DNA from: an uncultured Desulfobacterales bacterium | GTDB taxonomy: Bacteria; Desulfobacterota; Desulfobacteria; Desulfobacterales; JAUVVS01 | Direction of reading: 5' to 3' | Assembly: GCA_964561845.1 (NCBI GenBank) | Contig: CAZLRK010000003.1 | Location: forward strand, 1 to 61,455 | DNA: 61,455 nucleotides | Shown: in pieces, positions 19,580-28,300 of the stretch | Layout: each line of letters begins with the position of its first letter | Numbering within the stretch: position 1 is the stretch's first letter | Notes under the pieces: model-generated | The model's database searches: none | The model's input: only the letters and a program-made list of their open reading frames with translations | Told to the model about the DNA's origin: nothing | Translations under genes and position numbers: made by a program

Positions 19580-21394
19580 ATGAATAAGGAAAACATTACA
19601 CTTACCATCGACGGCAATGAGGTGGAGGTGGAGCAGGGCCAGACCCTGCTGACGGCTGCAAAAAAGCTGGGAATCTGGATCCCGACCCTGTGTCATCACG
19701 ATGCTCTGGGACCCCAAGGCGCTTGTCGGCTTTGTCTTGTAGAAGTTGAGATCCAGGGGCGGCGACGTCTGATGGCCAGTTGTGCCTATCCCGTATCCGA
19801 GGGACTCAAGGTTTTTACTGATACGGAAAACGTAATCGAAAATCGCAAGATCGTAGCTGAACTCCTGCTTGCTCGTTGCAGTGAAAACGAGCAAATAAAG
19901 GAATTGTGTGCAAAAATGGGTGTCACTGACACACCTTTTACCAAGAAAAAAGAAGACTGTGTCCTTTGTGGACAGTGTGTACGAATGTGTAACGAAAGAA
20001 TGAAGGTAGGCGCCATAAACTTTATGGGCAGGGGCCAGACACGGAAAGTCGGTACCCCCTATGAAGAGTATTCTGACATATGCCGGACATGTGGCGCATG
20101 CGAGACTGTTTGCCCGACGGGCTGTATCGACGTCCGTGATTCATCAAAGATCGAGCCAAAGCCTCTTACTTCTGATTGGGATGTTGGACTTAAAAAAAGG
20201 TCAGCCGCCTATATTCCGTTTCCACAGGCGGTTCCTCTCTCTTCTGTTATTGATCCCAAGGCCTGTGCGCATGTCCTTACGGATAACTGCGGTGTTTGCA
20301 GGGAATTTTGTGAGGCCGACGCTATTGATTTCGATCAGAAAGAGGAAATTATTGAAATTGATGTGGGCTCGATCATTCTGGCTACAGGGTTTGATTTAAT
20401 GGACCCGGCTCCCATGAAGCAGTTTGGCTATGGCAAGTTTCCCAATGTTTTTACAAGTCTCGAGTTCGAGCGGCTTAGCAATGCAACAGGTCCCACCGGG
20501 GGCAATATTCTAATCAGAGACGAAAACGGCGAACTTACAAAGTCCCCTGAAAGCGTAGCTATTCTCCACTGCATCGGCAGCAGGGATGTGAATTATCATG
20601 AATACTGCTCACGCGTCTGCTGTATGTATGCACTTAAGTATACCCATCTTATCAAGGAAAAGGTCGGGCATGATACTGCTGTCTATGATTTTTATATTGA
20701 TCAGCGTTGCTACGGAAAGGGGTATGAAGAATTTTACGAACGATGCCAGCGGGAAGGAACCACATTCGTTAGGGGTAAAGTAGCTGAAATTACCGACCAG
20801 GCCATTGAGCAAAAAGAGGAAGGCAAGCTTATTGCCATTGCTGAAGACACGCTTTTGGGTATTCGACTACGTGTGCCGGTAGATATGGTGGTCCTGTGTG
20901 CCGCCATAGAGGCTCGCAAGAGCGCCATTGAGGTAGGAAGAATATTCGGTGTTAATCTGGGAGCAGACGGCTTTTTCCTTGAGGAGCATCCTAAGTTAGG
21001 GCCATTAAATACAGCCACGGACGGAGTTTTTCTGGCCGGTGCATGCCAATCTCCTAAGGATATACCAGATACCGTCGCCCAGGCTTCAGGCGCCGCGGCT
21101 AAAGCCCTTTCTTTGGCCGCTCGAGGAAAAGTAGAAGTTCCGTCGACAATCTCTTGGATAGATCCGAATATTTGTGCAGGGTGTCAGACCTGTATTGAAC
21201 TTTGTGCCTACTCTGCAATAGATTTTGACGAACGAAGAGGTGTGTCTGTGATAAACGAGGCTGTCTGCAAAGGGTGCGGGAGTTGCAGCGGATTTTGCCC
21301 CAGTGGCGCGGCCCAGGTTAAACATTTCAAAAAGAAACAAATATTTTCAGAATTCGACGGAATTATTGATGCATTGAATGCCGTGGGAATGTAA
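19580..21394 (+). CDS. hdrA: NuoG/HydA N-terminal Fe-S domains fused to the HdrA C-terminal half
   Basis: IPTLC..GACRLCLVEV..ASC [2Fe-2S], CVLCGQC and CRTCGAC; then AYIPFPQAVP, IILATG, LEFERL, HCIGSRD..YCSRVCCMY, GACQSPKDIP and a C-terminal 2[4Fe-4S] domain. Confidence 0.88.
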   Translation: MNKENITLTIDGNEVEVEQGQTLLTAAKKLGIWIPTLCHHDALGPQGACRLCLVEVEIQGRRRLMASCAYPVSEGLKVFTDTENVIENRKIVAELLLARCSENEQIKELCAKMGVTDTPFTKKKEDCVLCGQCVRMCNERMKVGAINFMGRGQTRKVGTPYEEYSDICRTCGACETVCPTGCIDVRDSSKIEPKPLTSDWDVGLKKRSAAYIPFPQAVPLSSVIDPKACAHVLTDNCGVCREFCEADAIDFDQKEEIIEIDVGSIILATGFDLMDPAPMKQFGYGKFPNVFTSLEFERLSNATGPTGGNILIRDENGELTKSPESVAILHCIGSRDVNYHEYCSRVCCMYALKYTHLIKEKVGHDTAVYDFYIDQRCYGKGYEEFYERCQREGTTFVRGKVAEITDQAIEQKEEGKLIAIAEDTLLGIRLRVPVDMVVLCAAIEARKSAIEVGRIFGVNLGADGFFLEEHPKLGPLNTATDGVFLAGACQSPKDIPDTVAQASGAAAKALSLAARGKVEVPSTISWIDPNICAGCQTCIELCAYSAIDFDERRGVSVINEAVCKGCGSCSGFCPSGAAQVKHFKKKQIFSEFDGIIDALNAVGM

Positions 21395-21438
21395 TCGATT
21401 TTGGATTACGGAAAATGAAAAATAATTTGGAGGAGAGC

Positions 21439-21861
21439 ATGGAAGACTTTGAACCTACTATCATCGCCTTTGTTTGTAACTGGTGTACATACACTGCTGC
21501 AGATTTGGCCGGCACTTCAAGGTTGAGTTACCCTAAAAATGTTCGATTGATTCGTGTCATGTGTACCGGAATGGTAGACCCTCAATATGTAATCAAAGCA
21601 CTTTTGGAAGGGGCTGACGGGGTTCTTGTCAGTGGATGCCGCCCAGGAGATTGCCATTACATTAATGGAAATTTCAAAGCCCGCAGGCGAGTCAAACTCC
21701 TAAAGGAGATTCTTCCTCAATTCGGTTTTGAGCAGGAACGGCTCAGGCTCACCTGGATCGGCGCAAGTGATGGAATCATGTTTGCCGAAATCATGCGGGA
21801 CCTCTCTGCTCAGATGAAAGCACTTGGGCCAAATGAAGCTAAATTAAAAATGGTCATTTAA
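21439..21861 (+). CDS. mvhD: MvhD-like [2Fe-2S] subunit
   Basis: IIAFVCNWCTYTAADLAG, RVMCTG, GADGV..GCRPGDCHY. Confidence 0.92.
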   Translation: MEDFEPTIIAFVCNWCTYTAADLAGTSRLSYPKNVRLIRVMCTGMVDPQYVIKALLEGADGVLVSGCRPGDCHYINGNFKARRRVKLLKEILPQFGFEQERLRLTWIGASDGIMFAEIMRDLSAQMKALGPNEAKLKMVI

Positions 21862-21863
21862 TT

Positions 21864-22135
21864 AAGGGATCGGGGAGTTTTTTTGTTCAATCGCTCCATG
21901 GATAATCATCACGAATAACATACAAACTCATGTATAAGGACTCGTAAAGAAAGAAAAGTGAATGACATATTAATACAATAAATTAGTTAATTGAACAGTT
22001 TTCTTTTTTTAAATTCCATGCAAAACGCTTTTCTTTCTTAACGATTCCTAATACCTTCAAACAGTGTATGCTTTTCGTGACGATCATCCATTCCGCTTAA
22101 AATGGAGATAAAAGAGAAAAACTCCCCGACTACTC
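21864..22135. mobile_element. MITE-like family C element carrying a core homologous to family A
   Basis: Termini tcggggagttttt / aaaaactccccga; flanking direct repeat TCATTTAATTA (21854-21864, 22134-22144); nested inverted repeats. Confidence 0.75.
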
Positions 22136-22211
22136 ATTTAATTATAGTTCTTTTTCTACTCAACTACTTAACCACTCAACTATTTGACGATATCTGAATT
22201 AGGAGAGAACA

Positions 22212-23366
22212 ATGGGAATAACGGCAAAAATTGACGTAAAAGACCAGGAACTTTTAGCATCACTTCATGATTTTTTCAGATCTATCCTTGAGTTGGAAGA
22301 TGTCAGCGCCATTCTGACGCCGCAAAAACTCCCCATGAAAAACATGGTGATGCATACCCTTGTGACAGATCCCGAGCGCCTGAACGGAGTCGATCCACTG
22401 GCGCCGTGCTTTCCCTTAAATGTTGCCAGGGTTGTTGCAAGACTTACCCGTAAACCGATAGGAGGAAAGGTGGCGGCGGTGTTACGTCCATGCGAGATAA
22501 GGGCATTTATTGAGCTGGTTAAGCTCAAGCAGGGAACTGTCGACGATATTGTTTTGATCGGGATTGATTGTTTAGGAGCTTATCGGAATACGGATTATTT
22601 CCGGTTTGTCGGGGAAGACGTGGCCGCATCAACAGGGAGTTTTTATCAAAGTGCCCTTATGGGAAAGACCACCGTCATTGAAGATATCGATTTGGCGCCG
22701 GCCTGCAAAGCATGCGAATATCCCATCCCGACGGGCGCAGATGTTCTGATAGGACTTTTGGGCGTTGACACAAATAAACAGTTGTTGGTTCAATCACGGA
22801 CGCCAAAAGGAGAAGATTTTTTAGCGAACCTCAATCTTTCAAATACAGATGAACCTTTGAAACGCCAAGAAACTATTGATTCTTTAGTTGCCGAACATAA
22901 AGCTTACAGGGAAAATATGTTTACCAAAACCGGTAATATTATCAATAACATAGAAAAGTTGACCACATATTTTGCCAATTGTGTAAACTGTTACAACTGC
23001 AGGGTCGCCTGCCCGGTATGTTATTGCAAAGAATGCGTTTTTGTCACTGATGTTTTTAATCACGATCCTTCACAATATCTGCAGTGGTCCCGGCGCAAGG
23101 GAGCAATTAAGATGCCCACGGATACGGTCTTTTACCACATAACACGTCTGGCTCATATGAGCACGGCCTGTGTCGGGTGCGGCCAGTGTTCTAACGCTTG
23201 TCCTAATGACATCCCGGTAATGGAACTGTTCCGTACTGTGGCGCAACATACACAGAAGGCTTTTGACTATGAGGCAGGCAGAAGCCTTGAGGAAGATCCG
23301 CCTCTTTCCGTTTTCCGTGAGGATGAGTTTGAAGATGTGGTTGGAATATCTGCAAAAATTGCTTAA
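22212..23366 (+). CDS. FdhB/FrhB-like Fe-S protein
   Basis: AVLRPCEIRA, IGIDCLG, ACKAC, CVNCYNCRVACPVCYCKEC, CVGCGQCSNACP. Confidence 0.75.
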   Translation: MGITAKIDVKDQELLASLHDFFRSILELEDVSAILTPQKLPMKNMVMHTLVTDPERLNGVDPLAPCFPLNVARVVARLTRKPIGGKVAAVLRPCEIRAFIELVKLKQGTVDDIVLIGIDCLGAYRNTDYFRFVGEDVAASTGSFYQSALMGKTTVIEDIDLAPACKACEYPIPTGADVLIGLLGVDTNKQLLVQSRTPKGEDFLANLNLSNTDEPLKRQETIDSLVAEHKAYRENMFTKTGNIINNIEKLTTYFANCVNCYNCRVACPVCYCKECVFVTDVFNHDPSQYLQWSRRKGAIKMPTDTVFYHITRLAHMSTACVGCGQCSNACPNDIPVMELFRTVAQHTQKAFDYEAGRSLEEDPPLSVFREDEFEDVVGISAKIA

Positions 23367-23381
23367 TAAGAGGAGCAGGCT

Positions 23382-24701
23382 ATGGGTGAAGTTGCAATCA
23401 AACTTGGAGGTAAAAAAAAGAGTATGTTCATTGACAGGGTTAAGGAGCTCCTTCCCGAGGGAGGGAATCTTAATCTCTGCCTGACATGTGGCGCCTGTTC
23501 TTCGGGATGTCCTGCTACGTCTCTGGATGGGATGGATCCGAGAAAATTTTTGCGCATGGCTGCACTGGGGATGGATAATGAACTCCTCAAATTGGATTGG
23601 ACCTGGATGTGCACGTTATGTCAACGCTGCAGTTATGTTTGTCCCATGAAAATTGATATTCCACAGCTTGTTTTCAATACCCGCGCATCATGGCCAAGGA
23701 AAGATCGCCCAAAGGGTATTCTTGGATCATGTGATATGGCACTGAAAAATGACAGTTGCAGTGCAATGGGCGCAGCCCCTGATGATTTTAAGTTCGTGGT
23801 GGAAGATGTTCTTGAAGAATATCAAGAAACGCAGCCTGAATTCAAAGACATGAAGGCACATGTAAATAAACAGGGGGCCAAATTTTTTCTGAACCAGAAT
23901 TCCAGAGAACCGGTAACCGAGCCGGATGAAATGGTGCCGCTCTGGAAGATTCTCAATCTTGGAGAGGCGGACTGGACATACGGAACAAAGGGTTGGGCTG
24001 CGGAAAATTATTGTATGTTTCTGGCGGACAATGAGAACTGGGAGAACATTGTGCGCATTAAGGCCAAAGCAGTGGAGGAACTTGGTTGTAAAGTCTGGCT
24101 CAATACGGAATGAGGGCACGAACTCTTTGCAGTCCGGGCCGGACTGAAAAAATTTAACATTGATTATAATTTCGAGATAAGGAGCATTATTCAGTATTAT
24201 GCACAGTGGATTCGGGAAGGAAAATTGAAAGTCAATTCAGACTGGAACAAGGACATTAAGGCTAAATTTACGGTACAGGATCCGTGCCAACTGGTGCGAA
24301 AGTCATTTGGAGATCCTGTTGCAGAAGATCTAAGATTTGCTGTTAAATCGGTGATTGGAGAAGAGAATTTTATCGACATGGTTCCCAACAAATCAAACAA
24401 TTACTGCTGCGGCGGCGGAGGGGGTTATCTTCAGTCAGGGTATACCGAGGCGCGTCGTAAATATGGCAAGATCAAGCTGGATCAGGTTCTTCAGACGGGA
24501 GCCGATTATTGCATTACGCCGTGTCACAACTGCCATGCCCAGATTCACGATATGCGTGATCATTATGGAGCAAAATTTCATACGGTTCATTTGTGGACGA
24601 TGATCTGTCTTTCTCTTGGAATACTGGGTCCCAATGAACGTGAATATCTGGGTGATGATCTCAAGGAGGTATTACCTTTTCATCCTGAATCGGCAATGTA
24701 A
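23382..24701 (+). CDS. HdrD/GlpC-like Fe-S + CCG protein with selenocysteine (UGA 24111-24113)
   Basis: ORFs 23382-24113 and 24225-24701 are in frame. Read-through gives NTE-U-GH at the conserved ECGH position. A hairpin follows the UGA; QDPC, YCCGGGGG and PCHNC motifs lie downstream. Confidence 0.88.
24114..24146 (+). promoter_or_regulatory. Putative bacterial SECIS element
   Basis: Stem CAGTCCG (24130-24136) / CGGACTG (24140-24146) with a G-rich apical loop about 24 nt after the UGA. Confidence 0.75.
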
Positions 24702-24729
24702 TAACTTATGTTAATCCATGTTAGAGTAA

Positions 24730-24974
24730 TTGCCAAAATAATGTTCCGTTACAAAGACTGTATGCAGCGTCTGGGCTTCCGAGCGAATCCATTTGGGGTC
24801 ATTTGATTCAGCGTTCTCGGTGAAGCGGAGCGTAAAAATTGAAGCTGTTTGAGTCCCGAGCTTTGCGAGGTCGAGTTCTTTAATTTTAGCTCAGCAAGCC
24901 TTAGAACGCTTCAAATGTACCCAGGAGGCGTTCGGAAGTTTAGACGTGATTCAATCGGAACATATTTATGACAA
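24730..24974. repeat. Long nested palindrome (element D)
   Basis: Successive arm pairs: aatgttccg/cggaacat, cgtctgggcttccgagcg/cgttcggaagtttagacg, catttga/tcaaatg, agcgttct/agaacgct. Confidence 0.7.
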
Positions 24975-24990
24975 CCGGTATAAAGGTTTG

Positions 24991-25252
24991 GTAACGTTCA
25001 AAAGTGTTCGTATAATTGTCTTCCAAAATAAATGGGACTCATTGAATAATCATTCGGTAATGCATATTTCCGAAAGACGATATCAATTTACCTAGTAGGA
25101 GGTGATCAAATATTTGGGATTTAACAGACAGTTTCTTTAACACTAGAGCTTATGAGGCGCAAATCCCAAATATTTGATCACTGTGAGCAATCGAGGAATT
25201 ATACAGTGATATCGTCTTTCGGAAACATCCATTACCTTCTCAGATTTAAATG
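24991..25252. mobile_element. MITE-like family B, copy lacking its right end
   Basis: Begins GTAACGTTCAAAAGTGT; about 260 bp collinear with 44510-44805. Confidence 0.8.
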
Positions 25253-25309
25253 CTACCAAACGATTACAACAACGGACAACGGACAATAACCAATAGTGGA
25301 GGAAGTTTC

Positions 25310-28300
25310 ATGAAAAGAAAGATCGGTTCGGCCGTGGTAGTGGGAGCCGGAATCAGTGGTATCCGGACTGCACTTGATCTGGCGGAAGTCGGATATGGTG
25401 TGACGATTATAGACCGGTCACCGCATCTTGGAGGGATTCTAAGTCAGCTCGATTATCAATTTCCAACGGACCGCTGCGGCATGTGTAAAATGCTTCCCCT
25501 GGTGGATCGGGATGCTTCTTCTCAGTATTGCCTTCGCAAAGGGCTTTTCCACGAAAATATAGAAATCCTTCTTTCCGCCGAACTTGTTTCAGTGGAAGGA
25601 GAACCGGGCAATTTTCAAGTCATGCTAAGGCAGAAACCGAACCTGGTTGATCCTGAACTGTGCATGGGATGTGGTGTATGCGTGGAAGTTTGTCCTGTAG
25701 AGGTCCCGGACACATTTAATGCCGGTTTGGTTTCCAGAAAGGCCATCTATCTCCCGGTTCCCCATGCTATCCCGAATCCGTACCTGATCGATTTTGCTGC
25801 GTGCACCAGATGCGGTGAGTGTGAAAAGATATGCCCCACCAATGCAATCCGACTGCTTGAAGAAGAGCGACAGAAATTTCGAATTTTGGTGGTGGACGAT
25901 GAACTGATTGTTCGTGAATCGCTAAAGGAATGGCTCGAAGAAGAAGGCTTTACAGTGGAAACTGCAGGATCCGGCACCGAGGCACTGGATAGCCTTACAG
26001 AAGGAGCGTACCACTTAATGCTCACCGATATAAAAATGCCGGGAATGGACGGCATTGAAGTGCTTCAAAAGGCCAGGGAGAATTTCCCTGACCTTACCGT
26101 AGTTATGATGACGGCCTACGCTACGGTGGAAAGCGCAGTTGAAGCGATGAAAATAGGCGCCCTTGACTATCTCATGAAACCCTTTGACCCTGACAAAATA
26201 GTAGCCATGGTACGTGGAATTTATGGAGATATAGAAGCTGCCCAAGGACGTCAACTGGAAGCGGGGGCTATAGTCTTTTGCGGCGGTACAGACTATTTCG
26301 ATCCTGCAAGCGGTAAGAACACCTTTGGTTATGGAGTATATCCCAACGTTGTAACGAGTCTGGAATTCGAAAGGATCTTTAGCGGCAGCGGTCCCAGCCA
26401 TGGCAAGTTGGTACGTCCTTTTGACGGAAAACCGATCAACAAGGTTGCGTGGATTCAGTGTGTGGGATCAAGGGATTTGCAGACCGATGCCGATTTTTGT
26501 TCAAATATATGCTGTATGTATGCCATTAAGGAAGCTCTTGTGGCAAAAGAAAAGACCGAGGGAAAATTGGACGCAACCATCTTTTATATGGACATGCGAA
26601 CCTTTGGTAAACCTTTTCAGCGTTATCGATATAAGGCAGAAAAAGAACACGGCGTTCGATTTAAACGGGGTCGTATTCATTCCGTAACTCCCGATAGTGA
26701 AACAGGGAATCTCTTAATCAGGTATGCCGATCAAAGTGGTGAAATCCATGAAGATCAACAGGACATGGTGGTCCTTTCCATAGGTCAAAGACCCGCGTCG
26801 GGAACGACAAATTTGGCCGATATGGTGGGAATCGGTCTTAGTTCCTGGGGATTTGGCGAGACAGAACCTTTCTCCCTTACCCGCACAGAAAAAGAAGGCG
26901 TAATTCTCGGCGGCGCCTTTTCCGGTCTCAAGGACATAAGTGAATCGGTAATCCAGGCTTCTGCGGCAGCGCTTTCCGCATCCCGCGTGATTCACGCCTC
27001 TGGAGGCGGCCTTGCTCCGGAACCAGCTGCTGTTCCTGAGGTAATTGACGTTTCACGCGAACTTCCGCGTATTCTGGTAGCAATTTGTACTTGTAGCGGC
27101 ACACTGTCCGAATTTATCAATTCAAAAAAAATTATATCGAATTTAAAACTTGATCCTTTTGTAGAGGAGGTCGAATTTCTGGAGCAGACATGCACCTCCA
27201 ATGGATGGGAGGCTCTTGTTGAGCTTGTGAAGAAACAGAAACCAAATCGACTTCTCGTAGGAGCCTGTCATCCCTATACTTATTCCCAAAAGCTTCACGA
27301 GTTAGGGCAGAAGGCAGGTTTATCACCTTCACTCATGGATGTTGTTGATCTCAAGCTCATCGATCATAGTTTAAAGTTCAAAGATGAAAAACCGTCACCA
27401 GATGAACTATCTGTTATCAGCAATGAGCTGTCTTCCACTTTAGCGATGGGCCTTGCCAAACTAAAACGGATTGACCCCTCTCCTGTTGACACTGTTCCGA
27501 TTCAACAGCAGGCTCTGGTGGTGGGCGGAGGCATCGCCGGTATGACCGCTGCGATGGCTATTGCAGATCACGGTTTTAATGTTGATATAGTAGAAGAGGC
27601 AGAGGAGTTGGGGGGCAACCTTAACTGGTTGCAAACAACTCTGGATGGCCATTCAACGAAGGCGCTTTTGGGCGAAACACTTTCCAGAATAGAAAAACAC
27701 CCACTGATAAAGGTTCACACCCAGTCAAGGGTGATGGGCTCCTATGGTCAGGTGGGATGCTTTTACACAACAATTGAAGGCGAAGAAGGAGATGTTTCCA
27801 ATATTGAGCATGGTGTGACAATCCTTGCAACCGGAGGCACCGAGGCAACAACTGCTTCTTATAGCTACAAAGACAGCGATCTGATAATTACACAAAAAGA
27901 GCTGGGAATAAAACTCGAAGACAACACTCTCGATTCAAGCAAACTGGAATCGGTGGTCATGATCCAATGTGTAGATTCCAGAGAGGAGCCCAGGAATTAT
28001 TGCAGCCGTGTGTGTTGTTCTTCAGCTTTAAAACATGCTCTGCACCTGAAAGAGCAGAATCCGGACATTAATATCTATATTCTTTATCGGGATATGATGG
28101 CCTATGGATTTAACGAGGCCTATTACACAAAGGCACGCAGGGCGGAAGTTATTTTCATCCAGTACAACCTGGAAAACAAACCGGATGTAAAACCAGGAGA
28201 CGAATCTGTTCAGGTGACTGTATTTGAGCCGATAATAGGAAAAAATATTGAAATAAACGCCGACATAGCGGTTCTTGCAACAGGCGTAGTTCCGAACCTT

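Noticed and set aside
19580-20170. [FeFe]-hydrogenase or formate dehydrogenase catalytic subunit (also 58660-59481)
   Set aside because: Only the N-terminal Fe-S domains are present; there are no H-cluster or molybdopterin motifs.
21439-21861. Selenocysteine in MvhD or HdrA
   Set aside because: The relevant positions are Cys codons; there is no in-frame TGA.
23382-24113. Nonsense pseudogene reading of the TGA codons at 24111 and 46161
   Set aside because: Both TGAs fall on conserved Cys positions, the frames continue intact and SECIS-like hairpins follow.
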